Source: a virus
Lineage: Duplodnaviria; Caudoviricetes
Length of the DNA: 64,000 nt
IMG/VR virus record: IMGVR_UViG_3300021425_002620
Strand: one strand, 5' to 3'
Part shown: positions 8,596 through 17,057 of the stretch, piece by piece
How the letters are laid out: each line of letters opens with the position of its first letter
How positions within the stretch are numbered: position 1 is the first letter of the stretch
Made by a program: the position numbers and the translations under genes
Notes under the pieces: generated by a model
What the model was told of the DNA's origin: nothing
Database searches by the model: none
What the model saw: only the letters and a program-made list of their open reading frames with translations

Positions 8596-9146
8596 TGTCC
8601 TACATTCTCCCATGGATATACAAGCCAAACATCCTCTTCGGCTTTATTTACTTCGTCAACACTATAGTCTATAGTGCCTTTGAATTCGCTTGATAAATTA
8701 TCAGTAAGAACAGCAAAGCGAACATTACGATGCCACACAGTGTCCCATGCACTTGTTTCTTGCGGCAGACAACTACTAGGCCAATCTTCTTTGATCCAAT
8801 TTAATGTTGCACCTGTGTCATTAATATCGTCTACAATAAGAATGTTTTTGCGTTTGTTTAGATCCCATCGGCTTTTATAAATTTCACGTTCTTCTTCGTC
8901 AACGTAACCAAACGCATCATCTGCCATCCAACAGTTAGTTTCACATTCGCTATCATCGTCACGCAAACTAATTTTTAATGCTTCGCAACGTACACCTAAC
9001 ATATGTGATAAAATTGTAGCAGGTACGTTACCACCACGTGTAATACCTACTATATAATCAGGCCGCCAATTATCATTATACATTTGAAGAGCAATATTTA
9101 AACATGCTCGTTCTACATCTTGCCAACTATAATATTTTTTATTCAC
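8592..9146 (-). CDS. type I phosphoribosyltransferase (xanthine/guanine PRTase-like)
   Basis: VGITRGG loop and PRPP motif ILIVDDINDTGATL; probable GTG start overlapping the upstream stop. Confidence 0.88.
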   Translation of the reverse strand: MNKKYYSWQDVERACLNIALQMYNDNWRPDYIVGITRGGNVPATILSHMLGVRCEALKISLRDDDSECETNCWMADDAFGYVDEEEREIYKSRWDLNKRKNILIVDDINDTGATLNWIKEDWPSSCLPQETSAWDTVWHRNVRFAVLTDNLSSEFKGTIDYSVDEVNKAEEDVWLVYPWENVGQ

Positions 9147-9654
9147 TTTTTGCACCTCTTGCTAAGTATTCTTCGTTATGTATCCAACGGTATCCTGCAT
9201 CAGTAATGTCTTCTACTTTTGATGCATGTACAAACCGCATAAAACCCCATTCCTTTTGTTTACGTCCCATAAAGAACAAACTCCAACAAGGAATTTCGTT
9301 ACCGTTAGAATCTTTTTGTAATTCTAACCAATGTAAATCATCTGGCTTACGAAAGCGAAAATGTCCAGGACCTCTCCAAACGCTAGTAGAACCTACAACA
9401 ATACCTTCTTTTGAAACAACAGGTACGTGTTCCCAATAACCGCCCTTAATAATAAAAGTAGCATAACTCCAAGGATGATCATGTAGTGTAGGTTCATCAC
9501 TCTTTAAAACTTTATGTAATGTGATATTAAACGGAAAATTTTTTCTATCTTTTAGAAATACATAAAACCTTATTAGATAAGGTTCTGTACTATCGCGTTC
9601 TGTAATTACTCGACGTCTGCCAAGTTTGTCCATAAGTTTAGAAAGGAATGTCAT
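9139..9654 (-). CDS. metal-binding cupin / putative dioxygenase
   Basis: LHDHPW...GGYWE...LHWLEL pattern of His-ligand cupins. Confidence 0.7.
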   Translation of the reverse strand: MTFLSKLMDKLGRRRVITERDSTEPYLIRFYVFLKDRKNFPFNITLHKVLKSDEPTLHDHPWSYATFIIKGGYWEHVPVVSKEGIVVGSTSVWRGPGHFRFRKPDDLHWLELQKDSNGNEIPCWSLFFMGRKQKEWGFMRFVHASKVEDITDAGYRWIHNEEYLARGAKSE

Positions 9655-9994
9655 CGTCTAAGCCTCTTTCTTTTTGTTTACCTTTATAGTCTTGTAATAC
9701 CATATCATACACGCTTTTAAAATTGCGCCATACTTTTTCTAGTGCTGGATACTCATTACACATATCTTCAACTTGATCTGGATTAATATTTTTAGTAGTA
9801 TTGATACTAAAAGTATAATCGGATGATCCAGTCCACAAACCATCGTCAATGATAAATGAACTATCAAATGATTTATCATCAACAGTGGTAATAGTAATAT
9901 TACTTAAATCAATATCGTCAGATGTAATATCAATAGCAGTACTTACAACACTGTCACCCATATCAAGCCATATATCTTTGTTGGATTTGCTCAT
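9638..9994 (-). CDS. hypothetical protein
   Basis: 118 aa ORF; acidic low-complexity N-half, helical C-half. Confidence 0.65.
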   Translation of the reverse strand: MSKSNKDIWLDMGDSVVSTAIDITSDDIDLSNITITTVDDKSFDSSFIIDDGLWTGSSDYTFSINTTKNINPDQVEDMCNEYPALEKVWRNFKSVYDMVLQDYKGKQKERGLDDDIPF

Positions 9995-11018
9995 ACAATG
10001 CCTTTCCGCTAAAAAATTCTTTGTTTAAAAGAGTACGTTGCTTATCCAAACTTACAAGATAATCATCATAGTTTTCTATATAGTCTCTAATTTTATTAAC
10101 AATCTCACCTCGATATTGTCTATAAGAGTTCCAATCTTCTGTCCACTTACTTGGATATTTAAATTCCGGTAATGCCATTTCACCGTAGCTCAATCTATCA
10201 GGTACTACAGGAATAGCATCTACTAGTGCGCCTTCGTACCAACTAATACCAAGTGTTTCTTGTAAGTTAGCACTAAAAACTATTTTTGCTTCGCCTAATA
10301 GATTGTGATATTCGTTTTTAGTAAGTTCACGTTCTTGACAAACTACAAATTCGTAGTCAGGTAATTGTTCTGCTAGATCACGAAAAATATCTACTTGCTT
10401 CTCAGGTGCGATGCGATGCGGAAAGAGTATAAGATTTCGCTTGTCCATGCCTTTGTATTGATCTAAACTATTGCGTAGATACTCCATAGGCCATCCTACA
10501 CGATGTGTTTTATCGTCATCGATGTCTAAACTTTCTGCAAACAAGTCTATATGAAAGTCTGTAGCATAAAAGTTATCGTCATAGCACTCATACATACTTT
10601 GTTCAGCATGACGTACCCAAGGTTTATCACCTATTAGTCTACCTAAAAAATCATGAGGATCATAACTGCCAGCATGCCATAGACCGCCCACTCCAATGTC
10701 AACGCCCAGTAGCTCAGCCATGTAGCGAAGTTGGATAACAGTCGGGTTCCATGCATCTGTATATAGGAAATAATCTCCATCTTTAATTTGTCCTTTGCAA
10801 AACATTTCGCCTATAGTTTCTAATTGTTTAGACTTATAAACATTTGTACCGCCGAAGTTAAGAAAAGCCCCAGGTGTTGTAGCCTGAGGCGTTTCTCCAC
10901 CACTGATGACAGTTACATCTTCATTCGTAGCTCGTTGCAATTGACGTGGAAGATGTTCTTTCCACTGTTTTGTGTAACGTGTGTCAACTGCTTCAATGTC
11001 TACAATGTAAATAGTCAT
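9963..11018 (-). CDS. GT-B fold glycosyltransferase (GT4-like)
   Basis: ILFPHRIAPEKQ, then AKIVFSANLQETLGISWYEGALVDAIPVVPDRLSY, matching the GT4 E-x7-E donor-binding segment. Confidence 0.82.
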   Translation of the reverse strand: MTIYIVDIEAVDTRYTKQWKEHLPRQLQRATNEDVTVISGGETPQATTPGAFLNFGGTNVYKSKQLETIGEMFCKGQIKDGDYFLYTDAWNPTVIQLRYMAELLGVDIGVGGLWHAGSYDPHDFLGRLIGDKPWVRHAEQSMYECYDDNFYATDFHIDLFAESLDIDDDKTHRVGWPMEYLRNSLDQYKGMDKRNLILFPHRIAPEKQVDIFRDLAEQLPDYEFVVCQERELTKNEYHNLLGEAKIVFSANLQETLGISWYEGALVDAIPVVPDRLSYGEMALPEFKYPSKWTEDWNSYRQYRGEIVNKIRDYIENYDDYLVSLDKQRTLLNKEFFSGKALYEQIQQRYMA

Positions 11019-11224
11019 TAGTTTCTCCGTGAATTTATATTCCTACCAGCATTACGTGCTTTAGCACGTAAGTAGTTTTGGTGTTTTTGATACGCCTGCC
11101 AAACAGGTGCATCTTTCTTATAAAGGTCTGCTTCATTGAAGACCTTACCTTCAAAGCGACAGTAGTCGCGAAACTTGTCCAAGTCGTCAAATACCTTATT
11201 GACAGGAGGGAAGTTATTAGCCAT
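11018..11224 (-). CDS. hypothetical protein
   Basis: 68 aa ORF with TAATG coupling. Confidence 0.7.
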   Translation of the reverse strand: MANNFPPVNKVFDDLDKFRDYCRFEGKVFNEADLYKKDAPVWQAYQKHQNYLRAKARNAGRNINSRRN

Positions 11225-11238
11225 TTTGAATTTCTCAC

Positions 11239-11691
11239 TTATGCCTTTGGATAAAAAATGGAACAGCCGTTTTCGTTGTCTTCAGCGACACTAATCTCTA
11301 CAAATCGGCCGGGGTACTTTGTAGAAATCTCTTGATACAAGTCATCTGCAATCATCTCACACGACTTGTGATTTAACTCTAGTACGCCTTCGACGTCATA
11401 GAGTCGTTGCATCCAGCGTTTAAACTGAATGAATTCAATATCGCGATCGTTATGAAATACTTCAATACGAACACGAAAGTGAAAGATATGACGATGCGGG
11501 ATACCAAGGAATGATACATCATCCCAATCGCCAGTTGCTAGTTTAGGATCAGTGTCAGCACCTGGGTACATATGTACACCTTCTTTGCTAAAGGTTACCC
11601 AAATACTACGTTCTGCGTTTTTCATTATGTCTTTCATACTTTCTTCTTTTAATCTACGACCCATATAGTTGTGATAGGATTCACGTTGCAT
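11239..11691 (-). CDS. dpdL: QueD-paralog T-fold protein, DpdL-like (predicted CDG decarboxylase)
   Basis: LGIPHRHIF (LxxxHRHxF, as recalled for DpdL) instead of the QueD CxxxHGH; SCEMIA and VAEDNENG align with QueD strands; sits in the deazaguanine cluster. Confidence 0.65.
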   Translation of the reverse strand: MQRESYHNYMGRRLKEESMKDIMKNAERSIWVTFSKEGVHMYPGADTDPKLATGDWDDVSFLGIPHRHIFHFRVRIEVFHNDRDIEFIQFKRWMQRLYDVEGVLELNHKSCEMIADDLYQEISTKYPGRFVEISVAEDNENGCSIFYPKA

Positions 11692-11698
11692 TGTTTAT

Positions 11699-11727
11699 AG
11701 TATACTTTCATTTAATAACTTTGTCAA
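11699..11727 (-). promoter_or_regulatory. sigma70-type promoter
   Basis: TTGACA-17-TATACT inside the 3' end of the upstream gene; ATG lies 7 nt after the -10. Confidence 0.7.
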
Positions 11728-12241
11728 GGCCATATTTCGTCCAATCTGTGAATTTTTCTCTATCCATTAGATCGTGCAAACTATGACACCAAACACCTGG
11801 GTTAGTTGCCTTAAAGTCTACATCGTCAATTTTGACCATTGCGTTGTAATTCCACAGTTTTGTGTAAGGCAATGGAACACGGATTTGTGGAATAAAGTTA
11901 TCTCGTTCGTTAAAACCACCGTCATGAAAAGTATCACAAGCATCAAGTGGAATATCAAGTGTACAAAGAACGTCTTTGTCTAGGAAGTAATAGATCATTT
12001 CTTCCCACTTCTTGTAATAATCGTATTCACTTTTATTTGATGCCTTAGGATTAAAACTGTGATTAGCACCAAAGAAGATGTGTTCACACTGTTCTTTTTC
12101 GTACCAAAATTCAATTTCATCTACAGGTTGTACATCTGTAACAAACAATGTACGCATACCGTAAGCAGGAGTCTTTTCAACTTCTATACCAGTAAAGAAG
12201 ATGATATTATCTGCTTCGCCTGTTTCGTAATCTCTTTTCAT
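11708..12241 (-). CDS. hypothetical protein between dpdA and dpdL-like genes
   Basis: 177 aa globular alpha/beta-looking ORF; no motif recognised. Confidence 0.8.
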   Translation of the reverse strand: MKRDYETGEADNIIFFTGIEVEKTPAYGMRTLFVTDVQPVDEIEFWYEKEQCEHIFFGANHSFNPKASNKSEYDYYKKWEEMIYYFLDKDVLCTLDIPLDACDTFHDGGFNERDNFIPQIRVPLPYTKLWNYNAMVKIDDVDFKATNPGVWCHSLHDLMDREKFTDWTKYGLDKVIK

Positions 12242-12242
12242 A

Positions 12243-12518
12243 TCACACCTTATCGTGCATGTCAGGATTTGCTTTTAATTGTTCTATTTGATCTAAAATA
12301 GATTCTTTATGTTTTTGATAGATAGGAATATGTCTAGGGTCAGCAGCTTCTCTTGCACCACTTAACACTTTTTCACATTCTTCAAGAGCATCATTCAAAC
12401 TATCCATGCGTATTTCATACGGTGATCTTTCTTCCTGCATTGGAGGAATTTTACTAAACTGATATTCTTTATATGTATCAGCATCTGAATGATATTTTCG
12501 ATTTTTAAAATCACTCAT
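12243..12518 (-). CDS. hypothetical protein
   Basis: 91 aa ORF with TAATG coupling. Confidence 0.7.
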   Translation of the reverse strand: MSDFKNRKYHSDADTYKEYQFSKIPPMQEERSPYEIRMDSLNDALEECEKVLSGAREAADPRHIPIYQKHKESILDQIEQLKANPDMHDKV

Positions 12519-12721
12519 TATCTTAACTCCTTTAGTTCACTTTCTAGCCTATGTATTTCATCTTTAAACCAAAGTTTTTTAGTTTTTAAGCGATTAATTT
12601 CTGAATCGCTTGCAAACTTATTATACAACTCTTTTACTTCGTCGTCAAGTTTTCTATGCTTTTGATAAAGCTCTTGTAGATAGTTTGCCAATTTATTGTG
12701 TTTCTCCGTAAAGTTGCTCAT
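12518..12721 (-). CDS. DUF465/YdcH-like coiled-coil protein
   Basis: HRKLDDEV...LKTKKLWFKDEI pattern. Confidence 0.7.
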   Translation of the reverse strand: MSNFTEKHNKLANYLQELYQKHRKLDDEVKELYNKFASDSEINRLKTKKLWFKDEIHRLESELKELR

Positions 12722-14252
12722 CTTCTAATACCTCTAGATTGTGTTCTTCTTCTTCGGTAAAGGTTCCATCTTCGTGTTCATCAGTTTCAGGCTCTGATAC
12801 TTCAAACAAAGCATTAAACTGTGTACTTGCATTAACAGTCTTTTTACCTACAGCACCCCTTGTACCGGGTATAGCCATCCAAAATTTGCTATATTGATCA
12901 ATAAGTGCTAGGGCTTCTTCTTTGTTGTCAATAGCAAATATTTCTTCCACAACATCTCTAAATAAAACCCGGTCAAAGCGTTCTTGGACAAGCATTGCTG
13001 GAATGACTCCATTGTCGTATTGTCTATTTGCTTCTTGTACTGCATTTACATGACTCCATACGTTATGACCCATTTGGATCGCATAAGAAAAACTATCCCA
13101 TGATGTTTTTCCTTCTTTACCAATTTTATTTAAGTCTCCTGGAGCATAAGTGCAAACGTCCGATACTTTGAGTTCGGCAGTGAGAGGACTGTCTTCAAAG
13201 TTTTTAAATATCCCATCTGATATAACAGCATCTCTAAAGAGACGGTTGTCTGTAGCATATTTTTTATCGTCAACACTCGGCACCATTCGATATGTCCATT
13301 TCGACCTATCCTCAGTTTCGTTTTGTATGTATATCTGTCCATTTGCGGTTGCGAGAAAAGGACTAGCACAATCAAAAGTAATAGTAAAGTTTTCATTATA
13401 ATTTTTTCGTACTGCACGTTGAATATCAGTAAGCAAACATGCCCACTCTAATTTACTTGTACCCAAGAAGTGCATAACATCATGTATGCCTTTTTGCAAC
13501 AAGTTATCAAAATGTAACGTAACAATGCGTTTAAGAACTAGATGTACATCGCACATGTTCTGTCCACCCATTGCCCAGCCATTAAAGTGATTGTCTGGAT
13601 ATTTTGCAGGATCGCAGTAATCTTTCATTTGTTCATACCAGTCATCTGCTTCTGCATGGTTTTCGCCTTGTAAAACATTTAAGAATTTACAAGCACCAGT
13701 TCTATGCTTCATCCAGTAATCATTATTAATACGTGTACCTTCTACAGCTTCTTGATAAGTGGTAATGCCAGTTGCTTCTTGTCCTGCAGGAGATCTACAA
13801 ACCCAAGCAGGAATATCAAGCACCATACCATAGTCCATGTATGCATCCATCCAGCGTAAAACTTGATCTCTCTTTTTTGCTGCTTTAGGACAGTTAGGAT
13901 TTTTCCAATCACCTTCCCAAACACCCTTACCAATCTGGAAACCACCTGAGTCTCCTAGTATCCAAGAGTTTTGTCTATCTCTATTACGCACCATATCTTC
14001 TTTGGGTGCGTGTTTGTTAATATCAAGTTCTGCATGTCCTGCAGAATACAATGTCCATTGATACTGGAATTGTCCTTCTTGCGTATTTAGATAGTTTAGA
14101 CTTTCAACACCATTTGTAAAGTTGCTAGGAATACGTGACTTATCTACATATTCGTCATAACGCTGTTTACCCACATAAGTTGCATAAAAGCCACTTAGTG
14201 CTGGTAAAAATCTAGCGTAATCATTTTGTGTTGCAGTTAAGTCTTTATTCAT
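12693..14252 (-). CDS. dpdA: TGT-superfamily guanine transglycosylase, DpdA-like
   Basis: GDSGGFQ, VLDIP, VLQG, AMGG, HFLG and FDCASP catalytic/pocket motifs. LDIP and HFLG resemble arcTGT/DpdA rather than bacterial tRNA-Q TGT; no CxCxxC zinc motif seen. Confidence 0.8.
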   Translation of the reverse strand: MNKDLTATQNDYARFLPALSGFYATYVGKQRYDEYVDKSRIPSNFTNGVESLNYLNTQEGQFQYQWTLYSAGHAELDINKHAPKEDMVRNRDRQNSWILGDSGGFQIGKGVWEGDWKNPNCPKAAKKRDQVLRWMDAYMDYGMVLDIPAWVCRSPAGQEATGITTYQEAVEGTRINNDYWMKHRTGACKFLNVLQGENHAEADDWYEQMKDYCDPAKYPDNHFNGWAMGGQNMCDVHLVLKRIVTLHFDNLLQKGIHDVMHFLGTSKLEWACLLTDIQRAVRKNYNENFTITFDCASPFLATANGQIYIQNETEDRSKWTYRMVPSVDDKKYATDNRLFRDAVISDGIFKNFEDSPLTAELKVSDVCTYAPGDLNKIGKEGKTSWDSFSYAIQMGHNVWSHVNAVQEANRQYDNGVIPAMLVQERFDRVLFRDVVEEIFAIDNKEEALALIDQYSKFWMAIPGTRGAVGKKTVNASTQFNALFEVSEPETDEHEDGTFTEEEEHNLEVLEDEQLYGETQ

Positions 14253-14335
14253 TTATTAATTTCCGATACTGCTATTATATAAAAGCCAATTATAATAACG
14301 GCTAATATGCTAATTGCTGTTGCAACTTCGCCCAT
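14249..14335 (-). CDS. single-pass membrane micropeptide (28 aa)
   Basis: MGEVATAISILAVIIIGFYIIAVSEINK; fills the clamp-dpdA gap exactly, with ATGA coupling. Confidence 0.55.
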   Translation of the reverse strand: MGEVATAISILAVIIIGFYIIAVSEINK

Positions 14336-14336
14336 A

Positions 14337-15059
14337 TTACTTACTCTGCGCTGGCAGGATATAGTCATACTTGGCCATACCGCTGTCTACACTAATCATC
14401 ATAGCACCTTGATCTGAAATACTCATAGTTAAATCGCCGTCTAACCCTAAGATTGCTTGTACTTGTGCAACTGGCCAACTCCAAGTATGTTGTAATGTAC
14501 CTTCAACGCCGTGTTGGAAAACAAATTCGCCTGCGTGTGTACTTGCATCACCAAAGCTGAATACTAAACTATTATCTTTAGTTGTTACATTAAATGTTGG
14601 CTCTTCTGAATGTGCCGCACTCATAAGTTTCATACGTCCAATACTAGCCATAGTTGGTGACACTGTAACATTCCATTGAGCACCTTTGAATTTAACAGTT
14701 TTTAATTTTTCATCAATAATTGCTTTGTTCATAAAGCGATAATCGTTTTGAAAGTCGCCTGCTGCGTTCTCAAAGTGAATGTGTGTTGGTACAACTTCGC
14801 CATTACGCTCTGCTGTAACAACTTCAATCTTTGCATTATCTTTGTATTCAGGATTTTTTAAATGTAATGCTAGTTTGTCTAAGTTAGGCATACCAAATGT
14901 AGCATTAGCAATAGTATGACTTGATGTAGCACTTAAAATTACACTGCGATCTTCTGCCATTGAGTCAATTTGAGTACCTTCGTCGTTAGATACTTTTACT
15001 AATGATAGGAAGCCTAGTGCGTGAGTATGTGCTACTACGTCTTGTAATATGTCTTTCAT
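14337..15059 (-). CDS. DNA polymerase sliding clamp (gp45-like)
   Basis: 240 aa, two-domain beta-rich pattern, near the B-family polymerase; clamp loader present at 41079. No diagnostic motif, so inferred partly from context. Confidence 0.6.
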   Translation of the reverse strand: MKDILQDVVAHTHALGFLSLVKVSNDEGTQIDSMAEDRSVILSATSSHTIANATFGMPNLDKLALHLKNPEYKDNAKIEVVTAERNGEVVPTHIHFENAAGDFQNDYRFMNKAIIDEKLKTVKFKGAQWNVTVSPTMASIGRMKLMSAAHSEEPTFNVTTKDNSLVFSFGDASTHAGEFVFQHGVEGTLQHTWSWPVAQVQAILGLDGDLTMSISDQGAMMISVDSGMAKYDYILPAQSK

Positions 15060-15826
15060 GATATAGTTTCTCCATTGAATAAGTTAATTATATTACTATT
15101 TTCTTCGTTTGTCAAGAACTTTTCTACTGTGTATTTAGGTTTAAAGCCTAAGGCCTTTAACTTTTCTGTATCGGCACATGTAAAGTTTCTCTCTCCTGGG
15201 GTATTTAGACGCACTGGAAGATCCGGTGCAAGGTCTTGGATTCGATGCGGAATCCCCGTTCCAATATCGATTGTACCTTTCAAGTAAGTTGCCTTAATTA
15301 AAAGTTCAACAGCATCTAATACATCTTGTAGATGAATAAAATCTCTGTAATGTTTGGTTGTATATTCTAGTGTACCGTCACGCAATCTCTTAAAAAACAT
15401 GTTATCTCTAGGACAGTTATCACTGTATACTGTATGAAATCTCATACCTAATGTATTAGGATAACGTTCTGCAAGTTCTTCTAAACAATACTTAGATGCC
15501 GCATAAGGATTTAAGTCAGGTTCGTATGCACTAGAACTACTAGCATACAATATACGTGTATCTTCGTAGGCTTCAAATAGTCTACGACTTGCTTCTATAT
15601 TATTCATCCAATATGATGCAGGATCTTTTAAACTTTCTCTTACTCCGCTTTTGCCTGCAAGATGGATTACAAGATCTATCTTTTTAGGCCAAGCAGTGTA
15701 GTGTAACAAATCACAGTCTGGACCATCTTTAATATCAATACCAAATACATTATGATTTGCTCTTAGCAATCTAAATTCTAAAGCACTTCCAATAAAGCCT
15801 TTGTGTCCTGTTAATAATATGTTCAT
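15056..15826 (-). CDS. NAD-dependent epimerase/dehydratase (extended SDR)
   Basis: TGHKGFIG, HLAG, SSS and YAASK motifs. Confidence 0.92.
   Translation of the reverse strand: MNILLTGHKGFIGSALEFRLLRANHNVFGIDIKDGPDCDLLHYTAWPKKIDLVIHLAGKSGVRESLKDPASYWMNNIEASRRLFEAYEDTRILYASSSSAYEPDLNPYAASKYCLEELAERYPNTLGMRFHTVYSDNCPRDNMFFKRLRDGTLEYTTKHYRDFIHLQDVLDAVELLIKATYLKGTIDIGTGIPHRIQDLAPDLPVRLNTPGERNFTCADTEKLKALGFKPKYTVEKFLTNEENSNIINLFNGETIS
15087..15115 (-). promoter_or_regulatory. sigma70-type promoter for the clamp-dpdA block
   Basis: TTGACA-17-TATAAT inside the epimerase 3' end. Confidence 0.7.
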
Positions 15827-16530
15827 ATTATATTCTTAAGTATATCCCATGTATCTTTATAATCTTTTACATGAAATAACTCGCCGCCTTTCTCTTTTAC
15901 AACTCTTGACAATGTATAATCATTGCCGTTTTCGTCCATTCTATCTCCAAAGAAGTAAATTTTTGCATCTTCATCGCTAAAATGGCTTATAATTTGTGCT
16001 TTATCTTTACCACGTTGGATAATGTCAATTCCTGTTTCACCACCAACTCTACATTCAATTTGAGGAAATAAATCATTAATAGCATTAGCAATTCGAATAC
16101 GTTCTTGATTTTCTCTATCCCATTTTACATATTCAGCTCTTTGATCTAAATTTGCATTTCTGCCAACTACACTAAAATTACAAAGTCCTGTTCTGTGTTC
16201 AAAGTGTAAGCCTGTTCTTAACGGGAATTTGCTTTCAGTTAATAGAAAAGATAGTGCTTCGTGTACAACTTCTGGCAATACCCAATTACTTTTGTAAATA
16301 TTATTATTACCTTGCCAAACATCATTACCTAAACAGTTATAAACTGTATGACAAGAATTATATATTTCAGGTGTTAGTTGTTCTACTGTTTTTTCTTTGT
16401 CACTTCCAGTAACCAAGTATACTAAATTATGTCGACAAAAAGGTAAAAAATATGAATAGAATCTTTCATCTATACGTTGTCTACTTGGTGTAAGTGTACC
16501 ATCTACATCAAATATAAAATACTGTTTCAT
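15823..16530 (-). CDS. HAD-IIB phosphomannomutase-like enzyme
   Basis: FDVDGTLT, LVTGSD, GGETGIDI and FFGDRMDENGND motifs. Confidence 0.88.
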   Translation of the reverse strand: MKQYFIFDVDGTLTPSRQRIDERFYSYFLPFCRHNLVYLVTGSDKEKTVEQLTPEIYNSCHTVYNCLGNDVWQGNNNIYKSNWVLPEVVHEALSFLLTESKFPLRTGLHFEHRTGLCNFSVVGRNANLDQRAEYVKWDRENQERIRIANAINDLFPQIECRVGGETGIDIIQRGKDKAQIISHFSDEDAKIYFFGDRMDENGNDYTLSRVVKEKGGELFHVKDYKDTWDILKNII

Positions 16531-16943
16531 TTTGTTTCTCTCTTTGTTACACGTGATCTTAAATCGCTTGAACTAAAACGATGATCTCTTTTATTAAAAA
16601 ACAATTCAATATCTCTTTGTCGGCATATATCCTTGCCTGTAAAATCCATATCTCTGTATTCCTCTCCTAGTATTCGTATATCAATATGATACATTTGTAG
16701 TATGTCTTCTAGGTCTTGTTCAGTGCCATATGGAATAATTTCATCTACGTATCCAACTGCTTTTAGTTGTGTATAACGTTCTACAATAGTTTGTATTGGA
16801 GGATTTTTTGACGGTCTATCTACACTAGGATCCATTTGCAATCCTACCATTAAATAGTCACATTGATCTTTTGCGTCACGCAACATTTGTACATGTCCTG
16901 CGTGTAGTAAATCAAAAGTTGAACAAGTAAACCCTACTTTCAT
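16527..16943 (-). CDS. TagD-like cytidylyltransferase (HxGH family)
   Basis: STFDLLHAGHV, VDEII, GEEY and RDHRFSSSDLR motifs. Confidence 0.9.
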   Translation of the reverse strand: MKVGFTCSTFDLLHAGHVQMLRDAKDQCDYLMVGLQMDPSVDRPSKNPPIQTIVERYTQLKAVGYVDEIIPYGTEQDLEDILQMYHIDIRILGEEYRDMDFTGKDICRQRDIELFFNKRDHRFSSSDLRSRVTKRETK

Positions 16944-17056
16944 TAGTCGTCCTCTTCGTCTTCCCTATTTCTAATAGCTTCTATTATATCCATAAGCGAT
17001 TGTAGCTCGTCAGCATCTCGAACAGTATCAAGTTCTAACTCAATCTTTATTTTCAT
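16943..17056 (-). CDS. small acidic protein (37 aa)
   Basis: MKIKIELELDTVRDADEL...; starts 1 nt after the polymerase stop, with TAATG coupling downstream. Confidence 0.6.
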   Translation of the reverse strand: MKIKIELELDTVRDADELQSLMDIIEAIRNREDEEDD

Positions 17057-17057
17057 A

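Noticed and set aside
8592-9146. PRTase as part of a known NAD-reconstitution (NARP) pathway
   Set aside because: It is a type I purine-like PRTase, not Nampt-like, and no PRPP-synthetase-like gene is present in the window.
12693-14252. Reading the TGT homolog as a tRNA-queuosine TGT
   Set aside because: Pocket motifs (LDIP, HFLG) and lack of the zinc motif fit DNA-acting DpdA better, and no queC/queF/queA is seen. Disfavoured, not excluded.
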